Both the position numbers and the translations under genes were made by a program. Shown piece after piece: positions 11,718 through 24,192 of a stretch of 64,000 nucleotides of DNA (positions are counted from its first letter, which is position 1; each line of letters opens with the position of its first letter). Location of the stretch: NCBI GenBank assembly GCA_905178155.1, contig CAJINV010000003.1:7983882-8047881 (forward strand), in the 5' to 3' direction. Source of the DNA: Amoebophrya sp. A120 (lineage: Eukaryota > Protista > Dinoflagellata). Under the pieces are notes generated by a model. The model was not told the DNA's origin, did no database searches, and saw only the letters and a list, made by a program, of their open reading frames with translations.

Positions 11718-12634
11718 AATCGATTTACCAGGCGTGGAGGAAGGCGCAGGAAATGAGCGACGCGGACAAGTGCGGCGGCGTAGTGTCGACCCTGCGAGTC
11801 GCCCTGCGAGCCGTGTTTCAGCATTTGAACAGTGCCGGGATGCCGTACATCCGCAAGAACAATGAGTCGGAGCTCGCTCGGATGGTGTCGGAGTATCTGG
11901 TGTGCTTCACGCGGGAGCGCAGGTACGGGGCCAACGAGCGCGAGCAGGCCCAGGAAGCGGAACGCGCGCTGCAGGAGCGGCGCGAGCAAAAGCGGCGATT
12001 TTTCGAGCGGTTGCAGTTTCTGGAGCGACCGGGCCCGGAGAGCGACCTCGCGGTGCTGCGGCTGTTCGCGGACGCCGCCATCGAGGCTGGCCGCGAGGAG
12101 TGCCGGCGGTATCGCCGTAACCTGGGCTTCGAAGTGGACGACAGCTTCCGGCTCGAGCGCACCAGCAACACGCCCCGCACGTCTGAGGCGCAGTACCTCT
12201 GGCTGCGCAGCCAGTTCCACATTGCTTCCCTGGCCGACATCTCCACGCGGGCCGGAGTGCCCTGGGAGGCCACGAGTCGGTTGGTGCGCAAAGCGACCGC
12301 GTACTACGACGTGCACCTCGACCGGTGCCGCAACTTGCCAGTGTTTTCGCTGCCGTTGTCGCGAGTGGCGGCCACGAAGCTGGTCGGCAAGTGCGTGCCC
12401 TACGTGCGCCCGTGCTTCGTCCGCGTCGCCGGGCGGAACCGGGTGGTGCGGTTGATCAAGGAACGGTTTCGCGTTTCGCTCCTCGAGGACCATGACATGG
12501 ACGCAGACGGAGGAGAAAATGTAGAGGAAACTGAGAAGGAAGACCACTACAGTGTCACGCACATAGATATCCGCAAGTTCGTAGATGATTCGGAAGAAGA
12601 CACTGCTGTCGGCAGCAGTGGGGGGAGAGGCTGA
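9545..12634 (+). CDS. Zwilch-like kinetochore (RZZ) protein, multi-exon; 5' end uncertain
   Basis: GT-AG introns 10579-10695 and 11514-11731 join ORFs 9813, 10755 and 11753. Blocks DFVDLLWHFL / PYIRKNNESELARMV / ATAYY..PVFSLPL are collinear with recalled Zwilch motifs DFAEQLW / PWLHSGSNSLLSKLI / IKYY..HIFQLPV. Confidence 0.55.
11686..11715. repeat. (ATG)10 microsatellite in an intron
   Basis: Read directly; lies within intron 11514-11731. Confidence 0.95.
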
Positions 12635-12936
12635 CGATATTTAGAAAAAAAGCTGTGAAGATTTTTTGTTCCATCTTACTGCACCACATTACCATTCTGG
12701 TGGTTCTGCTGGTATCAAGGTCCCAGTTCTGACGTTCGTAGCTTTGTGAACACTTCTTTCGGACGCTCCTGCTCAGCTTGGTTTTTTTTGCCGGGTCAGA
12801 CGGACTACGGCATCATGATCATGATCATCTTTCGGATGCTTACGCCACTCTGATCTCGGAGCAAAACCGCTGTGTTTTTTCACCGTCTAGTATCGACCTT
12901 TTTGAAGGTCCAGAAAGAAGCAAGATCTCTTCCGCC

Positions 12937-15900
12937 ATGTCCGACGTTTGGATCTCCTTCTGCCCGCACGGCTGTTCCTCAACCGTGACCCTTATGTTGG
13001 GCGGACGTTTCGTATGTATTTTTTACGGATTCGCAAGTGTGGCGATTCATTTTGCAATAGACCAAATAGTTGTACTGATTCTGAGTTATTGTAGTGATCT
13101 CCGACTCAGTAGTTAAGTCGAATTTATCCCGCGAGATCATGCAGCTGCGAGGCGCATTTGCACTGCACTGTTCTTGAAATTCACTGCAATGGACCGCGAG
13201 AAGTGGCAAAAGTTTGCTTGTCTAAAGCGTATTATCGGGTGTTTCTGTTACAGGGCAGAGCAAGCCGACGAGCAGCCGCAGCAGGAAGCACTACAGCCCG
13301 AGGTCCTCTGGACCACTCTGCGCCAACATGTTGTCTGTGGTGTATCCAAGCCGCACAGAGGAACCAGAAAGCATTCGTGAGGTTTTGCCAGCGCCTTTCG
13401 AGGGTTGTAGCGTGGTTTGTCTCTGCGCCTCGGGCCGCGTGTTTTTCCTTGACGAGCAGTGGGATTTGCAGAGCGCATGCGTGCTGCCGCACCGGCTTTG
13501 GCCAAGCAGACCTGCTAGCAGAATTCACGCCGCACGGTCGTCACAAAATAAAGCGAGAACCGCGGCTGCGCCTAGCGGGGGTATCGCCGAGGACAGGGAG
13601 GCAAGAAGGAGCTTTGCTCAGGAACTGGCCTTTCTCGCTCGCGAAAACCGGCAGTGGGTCGACCCCTTTGTGGTTGCAGATTTCCTGCTTTCGAATAGCC
13701 CGGAGGAGGCGGATAGAAACGTGCTGGACGGCGCGTCTGCACCCTACGCGCTGCTGCTGGCAACGCGGCACCATGTTCGTACCATCGACCCCGAGGACGG
13801 GCGCGTATTGTCGCAGACCGAATACTCGGAGCCCTTCCACCGCTGCGTGCGACACGCGTGCTTGCTGCGGAACAGGCGGCAGCTGGCGGTCAGTTGTCCG
13901 GGTTCAGCCGCCGCACCAGGGAGCCTATTCGGCATCGCGGACGTGCGCACCGGCGTCGTGTCCAATCACGTGCGCATCTCCAAGGACGTGGGCGACGTCC
14001 GGTACCTGGTGGCGCGGAGGGATACGGATCTCTTCGGGTGTGTGACGCAGCACCGGTTCATTCTCTACTTTGGCCGCAACGAGCGGAGTGTGTCGCCCAC
14101 GCGCCGACGGCAGCAGGTGTTTGCGGCTTCCTCTTCTTCTTCTGCGGCAACGACCGCAGCCTCGCCAGTACTTCCGATTGGCACGGAGCAAGAGGGTGGT
14201 AGCTCGTCGTCCTCCGCTCCTCAGATGGTCGACGCCACGGACAAAATTGGGGTGGCTTTCCAGACGCACGTCGAGGGTGCGACCGCGCTTTGCGAAGGCC
14301 CCGACTTTCACCTGTGCATCGCGGGCCGCCGCATCGTCGCATGGGACGCAAGCTTCAATCCCTGGAAGGACCTCTTTTCCCCCAATGGTGAGGTGTGGTC
14401 AGGCGCTCAGATTGTTCGGAGTGATACATCTCCAGGTGCGATGGCGGGCAGGATCAAGACGGCAGAGTGGTTCGGAAACCCCCCGGAGAAATGGAGTGCA
14501 TACGAATTCGGGCACAGCAAACCCGCACGACTGACCAGTTCCGAAACTGTCTCCGAGCGTAGGCGGTGTCGTAGCGCCCCACGGTGCTCCTCGCTGCGCT
14601 TCGGGGAAAGCAAGCCATACTTCGTTCCGTCCAGTAGTTCCAGTTCCGCTTCCTCTGCAGACGATCTGGAGGAATTTCGTCCTGCCGAGCGCACTCTGTG
14701 GGCGGATGCTGTAAAAGGTGGGAACACGACAGAGCAGGGTGCTGCCGGCGAGGGCGTTGATCCGAAGATACAAAGCTGCTTGTCCGCTTTCAGCCCGTGC
14801 GAGGAATACCTGGTTGCATGGACCGCCTCGGAAGTGCTGCTGTACCAAATAGACGTCACGAAGTTTCGAGTGCAGATGCACCAGCTGTCCGCACTTCCTG
14901 CCTGGGCACAGTGTCTGTGGCCGATAACGGCACCACCGGGGGACGGTCGGATCGATCGGGGGCCGAAGCCGGATGGTGCGGCTCCCCAGGGCGGCCCGGG
15001 GGATGTTGAGGACGTCGCAATGAAACCGGTGCGGCGGAGCTCGCCCGCCGGGAGCCCGCAGGAGCTGGAGCCGGGCGTGCGAGCGGTGAATGTGTCACGC
15101 TCACCGAAATTCTTGGCGCGCGAGGCCGACTTCGGGGGCGAAACGGAAGCAGACGCATGCGCTCAAACGCCTCGACCACTTCGGTGGACAACCAAGGGCG
15201 GTAGAGTACTGTGTGCCGTGTGCGCCACGCAAGACCGTGTGCGCGAACTGGTCTGCTTTTCTCGTTCATCGAAGCCCGGGATTACAAGTGCTTGTGATCG
15301 CATTTCTGTATCGTTATCGGATGCTCTCGCGCACGGGGAGCGACGCTATGGTGTGCGGATTCAGTGTGGCAACGGGAGTAGTGCAAGGCGCGGCGCGGAG
15401 GAGGAGGAGGTCACGAGCTTTGCTTGGTCACTGATATGGGGACCGGATTGCTACGTATGTGTCCGTCGGCTGCACCGGATCCGGGAAGCTGATGTGGTAA
15501 TACTGCACGTGCTGGATCGTGCCAAAGCGGTTGTGCTGCTGCTTCCCCCGAGACAGCGAGTGTCCGCAGTTTTCGCAGCAGATCCACAGATTCTGTTTCT
15601 CGGAACGGAAGCTGGTCGCATCTACTACATATCCAGAGCGCAGCTTCGACATCTCACACAGGGGAGCGGGACAGGTTCTTCCTCTGCGCCACCAGTTCAG
15701 GCGTTTCCAACATCAGGCGTAGGGGGGCAACAGCCAAGAAGAACCAGCGCGGGAGACCGTCCGCAGGTTTTTGACGTTTCCGCAAGTGCGCTCGCTTACA
15801 ACCTCATGATCAACAACACGACGCATCTCATTCCGGACACTCTCTTGGCGGACGAGCTGGAACGGCGATCGGCCGCACTTCTGCAGCGTGTTCCCAACAC

Positions 15901-18706
15901 AAGGCACGACTTGCGGGTGTGCGCCTTCTGTCCGGTAGCGGGCAGCTCGCGCGACTGGGTTGTTGCGACCGACGTTGCTGGCATCGCGCAAGTGGTTGAA
16001 GTGCATTGCAACCCTTCCGGAGAGAGATATGCGCAAGTAGTGTTTCAGGTTTTCTTGTCAGCGTCGCATGAGCCGCCACCCCCGATCCGGTGCGTGTCGC
16101 ACGTCGGCTGGTTGTACGTGTTGGAACCAAGAAGTGCGTGCAGTTGTACTAGCGGGGAGGAGCTCCAGATGCTTGACGCGCAGGATGACTCCGCGCAATT
16201 GTCGGACTTCAAGGTGACGATTTGGAACCCGCGTACGGGCGCGTCGCTTGGTTCCATGTCAGCACACGAGATCGCCGTCCGGGCCGAGGGAGATCTGTGG
16301 CATGCGTTTTTTGCGGAGCCCATTGGTGGCGCGGTGCCGCCCGACCTGTCTTATTTTTCTGGGATTCTCGACACTGCCGAGGACCTGCCGCTGCGCAGCT
16401 ACAAGGGCGACCACGCGCACTTTGCGGTGCGTGCGAGAGACGGATCGCTCGGTGTTTCTTTCAACCCTGCACGGCTTTCCTCGTTTCTCTACGGTCTGGT
16501 TTGTCTGCGCCTAGTGCTGCACAACAGTCTTCTCCGCAGCTCGAAAACGACCGCGCAGGCGGGGCAAGGCTCGGTTCGTCCGCAGCCAAAAGCGTCGGAG
16601 GAACCGGCCACCTCTTCGAGCAGCAGGGCCGGTGGTGCGCCCGCAGGCGTCCTGAGCCGCGCGAACACAGCTGGTGGCGTGCAGCGCTGGCGGCGCAACC
16701 AGGTGATGCGTGTGCTGCAGAAAACCTACGAGCCACCAGCCCCCTCGGGGCTGTCGTTGCAGATGATCCGAAACCGCGAGCTCACAGCGCTCCTAGAGCG
16801 CATCCCCGACAATCCGAGCGCGGCAGCGTCCAGCCGTCAAGCCGAAATGGCACGGACTCGCAGCAGTCCTGGAGGCGCGGGACTTTTCGGGAGCGACGTT
16901 AGGAGCGCGGCGCAGTCGGCCGAGGAACCGGAGTTGGCTGCGGAGATTGCGCAGATCGAAACCGTCGTTGCGCAAAACTACTTCCACCGATTCTACGAGC
17001 CCACGTGCGTAGACCGCTCGACGGGTGGGGGGGCGGCACACGACGCGTGGCTAGTACGGAAACGGGCGCTGCTGCACTATTACGGGCGAGTAGCAGCTTT
17101 CGATCCCGTCGAAGATACCCGCTTCACGGCGCGCAACCTGTTGCGCGCGACTCTGAACGAACTCGACTTGCAAGCAAAGGGCTTTTTCGCGGTCCTGCAA
17201 CCCTTCGCACATCTTGTAGTCACGCACGCAGTGCCAACACTGCCGCCTTCGGACGACATTCTGCCCGCTGTGGTCGTTCTCGGCTGCGCGCTACACGCAG
17301 AGTGCCGCTTGTCCAAGGCACTGGCTGCAGCATTCGCGCAGGTTCTGGAGTTGAAAAGCGTCTACAGTGACGCTTCTTCAGCTCTGGTGTCTTCCTCGGT
17401 GACCGACCCAACGACAAGCCGAGACATTTCTGTGCAATTCCGAAAGGAAGCGTTTAGCACTACGCCTCGGAGGCACAACATGCACGGACCAAGCAGAGGC
17501 GGGACGTCGAGAGCGGGTTTGTCCCGGAGCCGGTCCTCGCGCACGGAACATGATGCGACGACCACCTCCGGCATCACCACCTCAAATGGCACGACCGATC
17601 GGTTGCAAAAGGCGCATTCATCCCCGGCAGCATCGTCAGAAAAGAGCTCCGCGCCCGAAGTGCGGCTGCTGATTCTGTTGCGAACCGTCAGCTTCACGCT
17701 CTGCAACCTCATTTTCGGCGCCAACGCAGCCACGAGTAGATCGGGCACCGGCACAACTACTGAGGGCGCAACAACCAGTAGCAGCTCTGCCGGGGCAGGC
17801 CCCAACAACTACAACCGTTTTTCTACTCTAGCGGACCGCGCGCACTGGCCGGTGTTTGCGGCGTCCTTGCTTGCACAGTGCTTCAAAACCGTGAAAGTGG
17901 TGTTCCCCAGCAACGGGAAGGACGACAACTCCAACGAGTTGGCGCAGCTCTTGGTTCGCTGCTTCGGGGCGTACCAACAGGCCAAGTTGCAGCCGAGCAT
18001 GCTCCACATCCTGTTGGAGATCGGCGCGACGGATCCCGGACTGCTCGTGAGCATTATGGGCAAGTGCGCCCGGCGGGTGGACCTGAAGGAGGGGAGCTAC
18101 GCCAGCAACGCCTTGTTTGTGCTGTGCCAGTTTCTGTCGTACGATCCGCAGTCGACCTACACGGTGTTGCCTCTACTGGTGGAGGCGGTCTTGCGGTGCC
18201 TGGATCCCGCGGACCCGAACCTGCGTAAGGTGATGCTGCTTTCTGCCACCCAGACGCTGCACCAAATGGTGACCCAGCTGCCGATGTGCTGCTTCCACCA
18301 GGCCACGCAGCGGTACGGCGTCGGCACCCGGGAGGGTCGCGTGTTCGTGTACGACCTGCGCACCGCCACCAAGTACCGCGTGCTTGACCTGCCCGGCGCG
18401 CCGCAGGGAAACAACCGCGTCCTGGCCTGCAGCTTCGCGGAAGACGGCGCCAAGCTGGCGGCTTACGCCGCGGACGCCTCACTCACGGTGTGGTCGCTGC
18501 AGGCGACGGGGCTGCTGGACTATTTTCGCCGGGACGCGGCCAAAGCCGCCGGACGCAGCCGGGTGATCGGCACGCCAACCGGTGCGGACCTGGCGACGGC
18601 CTTGGCGAAGGTGCAGCTCGTTTGGCGCACGCACGACGTGATTCAAGTGCGACGCGAGAACGACGAGTCGCTTACGATCAGTGTCGCCGATCTGTTTCCA
18701 ATATAG
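12937..18706 (+). CDS. WDR7: WDR7/rabconnectin-3 beta-like WD40 protein; main exon about 13254-18706, probable short 5' exons
   Basis: 1792-aa ORF. The C-terminus (LRCLDPADPNLRK..LHQMVTQLPMCCFHQATQRYGVGTREGRVFVYDLRTATK..CSFAEDGAKLAAYA..LTVWSL) matches the WDR7 C-terminal helical + WD signature. The start at 12937 is tentative. Confidence 0.75.
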
Positions 18707-19136
18707 CAGTTCGACGCTGTTTTACTGTCACAATCACAAGTTTGCGCGCACAACATGTTCAGTTTTCGCTTTGTGAAGCAAAGGTCAACAGATCCGGAAA
18801 TAACTTTATACGTACATCGTGTGTCCTCGCCGAAGGACGTTGAAGCAAGACAGGGTTCTTCTCGAGAAAAAGGGATCCTCCGAGAGCTGCGGCGATTCTT
18901 CATTAGTACATCCACTGAAAGAGAGGCCGTCTCCGGCTTCTCTCGCTTGAGTATTATTCATCGAAAATCATGTTGCCATCTCGATTGGGAAAAAAGTAAA
19001 AAAGAATAGTGCGTGCGCTTTCCACAATAGTAAGTTGACTTTTTGTTTACAGTTTCTTTGTATCGGTTTCAATACCTTTAAAAGAGTTTGGTTTTTGCAT
19101 TTTTCAGAGTATGGCCTTTAAAAATACCTTCTTACA

Positions 19137-20252
19137 ATGCAACTGAAATCTGTTGTATTTACCTGGATCTCTTTGCTTATATCATGTATTTTTCGGCCTT
19201 TTGCTCACGGTGGAGCGCCCGCCCACGTTATCGGAACAGGGGATGAGGCGTTGGCATCCATTCCTGCTGAGGCAGTCTCACGAATCCAGAAATTTCTCTC
19301 CGGTGACGAACTGATGCGGCGCAAAGCTCAGGCGAAGCAACGACTTCAGCGATTTCGGACGGAATTCGAGCATGCTCATCCCGACAGCAGGCCCCACGAC
19401 ATGCTTCCTGCGCTACTGGAGTTTTTGGCAGGCACGATCGCCGAGCGGCGTCCGAGGCACTCTAATCCGTCCAAGCTGGCACTGTTGCACCGAAGCATGC
19501 AATCGACGGTAGCTCAACTGAGCACAGCCTCGCCTGCGTTTCAGCCCAAAAAAAGCTATCTCTGCGCGCCACAGTGGGCGCCCGGATCTTTTCTGCGCGC
19601 GAAACACCGAAACGCGGAAACCGGTCGTGTACTGGAGGACTGGGAATACAGCGGTGGCTTTCAATCGTGGACATTCGAGGGACTACCAACTCAACTCACA
19701 ACGCCGATGTGGGCAGACCAATTTCCGTTGGTGTTCGCACAGGACGTAGCCAGCGAATGCAGGCTCCGGCAGGCAATGTCGGAGATGAGAGAGCGAGCAG
19801 CAGAAACTTTTTTCTCTACCGTTCCTCCCGTCGACCAGCTGAGCGCCACTGTAGTCGACAGACAACTACACCAACAGGTAGCGCACCAATCTCCCGACCG
19901 CCTTGCTCACGCGCGACCGACGTCGCAGCGACCTGCTGGGGCAGGAACTTCAACAGCAGCAAATGATACCATTGCGGAGCAGTCGCATAGTCCCGCTTTC
20001 GTCGGTTCCATGATGAACTACGCCCTGCACGTGGAACAAGATCCGACGTGCTTCGGCGCAACGCCATGGACGGTAGAAGCACTACTTAGGCTCGTGAGAC
20101 AGCCCCATTACTACATTCCGCGAACGTGGCTGGTCGCCGACGCGGGCGGAGTTTTCACCCTGATTAAATGCGGTTCGCGGAGTCGGAATGTGTTTCTTGA
20201 TGCACACACCATCGACGGCTGCGAAGCTACAGTGTGCTCCATCCTCAGATAA
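19137..20252 (+). CDS. Putative secreted protein (signal peptide) with F-box-like motif, intronless
   Basis: MQLKSVVFTWISLLISCIFRPFAHG resembles a signal peptide ending A-H-G. It is followed by LASIPAEAVSRIQKFLSGDELMR, similar to the F-box consensus LP.E....I..FL...DL.R. Confidence 0.6.
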   Translation: MQLKSVVFTWISLLISCIFRPFAHGGAPAHVIGTGDEALASIPAEAVSRIQKFLSGDELMRRKAQAKQRLQRFRTEFEHAHPDSRPHDMLPALLEFLAGTIAERRPRHSNPSKLALLHRSMQSTVAQLSTASPAFQPKKSYLCAPQWAPGSFLRAKHRNAETGRVLEDWEYSGGFQSWTFEGLPTQLTTPMWADQFPLVFAQDVASECRLRQAMSEMRERAAETFFSTVPPVDQLSATVVDRQLHQQVAHQSPDRLAHARPTSQRPAGAGTSTAANDTIAEQSHSPAFVGSMMNYALHVEQDPTCFGATPWTVEALLRLVRQPHYYIPRTWLVADAGGVFTLIKCGSRSRNVFLDAHTIDGCEATVCSILR

Positions 20253-21086
20253 GTAGTTGGCGCGGGCCTACTTCCATGGGAGAGAATCTGGGGCCGGGGG
20301 TGCCGACAAATGGCCAAAGTGATCTAGTCTGAGCAATCAGAGGCACCCGCGATTTGCTGGGAAGGACAGAGTCATCGCAAGGGCGCATTTGTGCAATTAA
20401 TCTCATCTGACTACTCGGCATTGTTTGCGAAAAAGAAAAGCACATATGGAACGGCTTTGATTTGCCGTCTTGGCAACATTGTCCCTTCGGGACCTTATCG
20501 ATCTCTTGCAGAAGGAAGCAGTGGCAGTGTCGATCTGCGCTTCCTTGTACACGAAAAGAAAGAGTCAAATTGCGACGATGTCCGCGGTGCTTTTCTGCGT
20601 GAATGAAACTATCGGCAATTGATTATGTGTTCGTCACCTTGCGGATATCTTGTTTGAAGCTTGATACAATGAATGCTGTTGTTTCTGTTCTGAATTCGAT
20701 CAGTAAGTACAGCCCGACGCAATCTTACCAAGGGTGTTGAACACGATACCAATTGCAGGCGATCTGCTGCAGCGTGGGTCAGAAGATCAGAACGCAATCG
20801 AGGAACAGGAAAAAAACTCTAGGAGTCGGATCTCCGTCTCCGTTACGGTGATCGCAAAGTCAGTTTCTGAATTTACTGCATGTGAATTGCACACAGAGCA
20901 CATGGTCGTGACAAACAAAGCCGCAGGTCGTGAGATCTGGTACAGGATATTCTATCGTGTCACTGATTCAGGTGTGGTAAGCCCGTTCAGCTTTTGGCGG
21001 ATACTCCAACAAGTTGCTGGTTTGATCAAATCGTCAGTATCATCACTGATAGCTTTGAAAGGTGCTTCGCAAAGCGTATCAAAGAC

Positions 21087-22421
21087 ATGGCGGACGATCA
21101 ATCGCCCACACTGGCACCCTCGTCCATAGCCGCCGACGTGCTTAGCACAACAGACATTCTCTGGAATCACGTGGCGCCTTTTCTGCAGGTGCAAGATCTC
21201 GGACGCCTTGCCCAGTCGTGCAAATGTGTGCATGCGGCTGCGGTGTCATGGGACGGCAAGTTGGTCGTGCCCGTGCAGGTCATTCAAGTCACTTCCAAAC
21301 GGGAGCCAGTTCTAAAAACGCGTTTGGTTTCGGCCAAAGGCGGTTTGCCGCGACAGGAGCAATACTACGTCGAGGGGCCAGCGATTTTTCTTTCGCCAAA
21401 ACCGTTCCTGTTCGGATATAGCGGACGCCATCTGCGGATTTTGCGCGTCGCTGCGAACGAGCGAGGCGAGCGGCTAGATATGGGGACGGACGAAACACCA
21501 CAATCACCTGTACGCGGAGCGGACTTCGTCTCTGCCGCGCTGGAGGGTTTGCAGGCATTCTTGCATTCCGACAGCGCAGTCGAAGTAGTGAGCTGCCCGC
21601 TGATTCTCGGTGAAAATAGCAGTCTGCAGCTGAGCATTCGTCAGACGCTCGCCCGCTCACTGTTTGTTCTGCCAGCGTTGCAAGTGCTCGAGATTCCAGC
21701 GGAAGTGGCTTTGACGCCCATCAAAATCTACGGCGCCCCTGTTGGAAGTGGCAATAACTCCAGACCCCCCTGCAAGCTGAGATCCTTTCAAATTCACGAT
21801 GGAGGACTCTCTGAATGGGGAAAGCTTGATGAACAGTCGCTTGCGTTTCGGCTCACGGTAGGTGCAGCCGGGGAAAATTTGCGAGACTTTGGTTTTTCAT
21901 TTGCCTGGTCTCACGTACCTGCACAGGATGGAAATGACATGAAGAAAGTTCCAGGCCAGGTCTTGTTTGAAAATGTGTTGCCACGCATTGAGACTTTGCG
22001 CCTGTTTTGCGGCGGGACGGAACTTCTCAAGCAGCCGTGGTTTCAAGCAATCCGCATGCAGAACTTGAAGCACGTGCAATTTGGGACTCGCCGTATGGTT
22101 TTCCGATCGCCGCCAACGCCGGTACTGCCCGTTGCAAACGTGAAGTACTTTCGGGGCTTGGAAGGCATGCACTTCAGGGGCATGACGCTAGACTACAGAG
22201 AGCTCGGCGACTGGCTGAATTTCTTCGCGACGCTCTCTCTCCGTCGATTTCGACTCCAGAATGTTGGGATGAGTGAGATGATGCTCGGCACTTTGTACGC
22301 TCTTCTCGGGAACGAGGTCGGGAAGTTCTTCCAGACGCTGCGCCAGGCTTGTCGCGAGAAGTTGCGATTGCAAATCGAAACTGCACAATTTCGTTTAACA
22401 TCTTTTCGCACACTGCGGTAG
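21087..22421 (+). CDS. F-box/LRR-like protein, paralogue 1, intronless
   Basis: DILWNHVAPFLQVQDLGRLAQSCK (F-box-like); LRR-like repeats LPALQVLEIP, LRSFQIHD, IETLRLFC, LKHVQFG. Collinear with the next two genes. Confidence 0.75.
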   Translation: MADDQSPTLAPSSIAADVLSTTDILWNHVAPFLQVQDLGRLAQSCKCVHAAAVSWDGKLVVPVQVIQVTSKREPVLKTRLVSAKGGLPRQEQYYVEGPAIFLSPKPFLFGYSGRHLRILRVAANERGERLDMGTDETPQSPVRGADFVSAALEGLQAFLHSDSAVEVVSCPLILGENSSLQLSIRQTLARSLFVLPALQVLEIPAEVALTPIKIYGAPVGSGNNSRPPCKLRSFQIHDGGLSEWGKLDEQSLAFRLTVGAAGENLRDFGFSFAWSHVPAQDGNDMKKVPGQVLFENVLPRIETLRLFCGGTELLKQPWFQAIRMQNLKHVQFGTRRMVFRSPPTPVLPVANVKYFRGLEGMHFRGMTLDYRELGDWLNFFATLSLRRFRLQNVGMSEMMLGTLYALLGNEVGKFFQTLRQACREKLRLQIETAQFRLTSFRTLR

Positions 22422-22800
22422 ATCATGATGAGGAGACAAACTCAGGAAAGGAAGTGGCAACTTGGCCACGAAAGAAAGCTGATGCGCGCATTATTGTGAG
22501 CTTTGCATGTTTGTGGTCAACCATTTTGATGTTGAGACCCTCATCACGTGATGAGATCCGTTGTTAGTAGTTTAAACTACAGACTCAGGAAGGCGTTCGC
22601 ATAGTGGATCAGAGTTTCAGGGGTTTGAGCGTCTTCTTCTACATCGGAAAAGTTTTGTCGTTCTGTGTGCAAAGTTTACACTCGCCCCGGTTTCGACACA
22701 GGTCAAATTTTTTTCCGTTTGTAACACACGACTGCTTTTTACAACTAGGAAGTGTGTTTATTAGAAATCTCGTCCTTGCGAATCAAAAACACCCGAAATT

Positions 22801-24192
22801 ATGTCGAAGGCTACGAAGAAGAAGAAGGGGAAAATGCACGACCCCGTGCCCGAGGAGGCTTTTTCGAGTGCGGCAAACGTGCTAAGCAATGAAGATCTGC
22901 TTGGGACTTGCATAGCGCCATTCCTCCAAGTGAAGGACCTAGGGCGGGTCGCACAAGTTTGCAAATCCATCCATTCCGCGGCGGTATCTCCGGAAGGGAA
23001 GCTCGCAGTGCCGGTTCACGTCATCCAGGTGACGATTCCCGCGCAGCCTCGACTCGGGGAAGGGTTGCCGCCTACGGTTAGTGCGCCCTTTCTATCGGGA
23101 TTCAACCTCCGCCATCTTCGTGTTCTGCGAGTCGCCGTGAACAGAAGAGGCAAGGACTTGGCGCTCGATGGCGACGACGACAATGGCGCGGTTGTTTGCC
23201 CCACCTTCGTTTGTGCCGCCCTGGAAGGGTTGCAGCCGTTCCTGCATTCTGCGAGCTCCGTCGAGGTGGTCGCATGTCCGCTTGTAGTACGTCCAGGTGA
23301 AAAGGACCTTCCGATGAATTTGCGGCAAAGTATAGGGCGCTCTTTGTTCGTGCTCCCAGCTTTGCGAGTCTTGGAGATTCCCGCGGAACTGGCGCTGGCG
23401 CCCCTGCACATCTTTTCGGGGAAGGGCAGCAAGCATTCCATCGCCGGGTCCCAACTCCAGTCGCTGCAGATCTACGACGCCTCGCTGACCGACTGGGGCC
23501 TCCTGGAGGAGAGCTCGCTGGTGTTCCGGCTAGTGTCTGGACTCGGCGTAGCCAAGCTGGAGGATTTCGGGTTCGCCTTTGGATGGTCGAACACGGCGCG
23601 CCCTAAAAAAGGTCCGCACTGGATGGTTAGGGTTGACAGCAGTGGTGCGCCGGTCGGTCAGCGCTTTTTCGAGAAGGTGCTGCCGGGTGTCGAAATTCTC
23701 CGGCTGTTTTGTTGCGGCAAGGAACTGTTTCAGCAACCGTGGTTCTCAGCGATTTCGATGCCGCGGTTGAAAAAAGTACAATACGGGGATCCCGTCCGAT
23801 TAAAAATGCAGCAGTTGCCGGTTAAGAACGTGCTCCGCTTCCCGGCACTGGAAGCCCTGCACTTTCACGGCGTGGCATTGGACGTGAACGAGTTTCCGCA
23901 CTGGAGAAAATTCTTCGCCGGGCTTGCTTTGCGTCACTTGCGTTTCGATCGCGTACGAATGAGTGTCATGCAGCTCGGGCTTCTTTCCGGTCTCCTGGCG
24001 GAAGAGGTCGGAACCCTGAAGAGTCTGTCCCGGGATTGCCGGGACCGGTTGCTTGCCCAGGTCGATGCCGAAATTGCACTAGTTGCGACAAAACAGCAAC
24101 CGCCCGCCGAGGTGGTGTTGGAACGACCGCCAAGATGCCGCGTCTCCTCGTTGCCAATCGAGGGCCAGGTGCGGAGGGATGGCTTGTTCTGA
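22801..24192 (+). CDS. F-box/LRR-like protein, paralogue 2, intronless
   Basis: LSNEDLLGTCIAPFLQVKDLGRVAQVCK; LPALRVLEIP, LQSLQIYD, VEILRLFC, FPALEALHF. Basic N-terminus KATKKKKGK (NLS-like). Confidence 0.78.
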   Translation: MSKATKKKKGKMHDPVPEEAFSSAANVLSNEDLLGTCIAPFLQVKDLGRVAQVCKSIHSAAVSPEGKLAVPVHVIQVTIPAQPRLGEGLPPTVSAPFLSGFNLRHLRVLRVAVNRRGKDLALDGDDDNGAVVCPTFVCAALEGLQPFLHSASSVEVVACPLVVRPGEKDLPMNLRQSIGRSLFVLPALRVLEIPAELALAPLHIFSGKGSKHSIAGSQLQSLQIYDASLTDWGLLEESSLVFRLVSGLGVAKLEDFGFAFGWSNTARPKKGPHWMVRVDSSGAPVGQRFFEKVLPGVEILRLFCCGKELFQQPWFSAISMPRLKKVQYGDPVRLKMQQLPVKNVLRFPALEALHFHGVALDVNEFPHWRKFFAGLALRHLRFDRVRMSVMQLGLLSGLLAEEVGTLKSLSRDCRDRLLAQVDAEIALVATKQQPPAEVVLERPPRCRVSSLPIEGQVRRDGLF

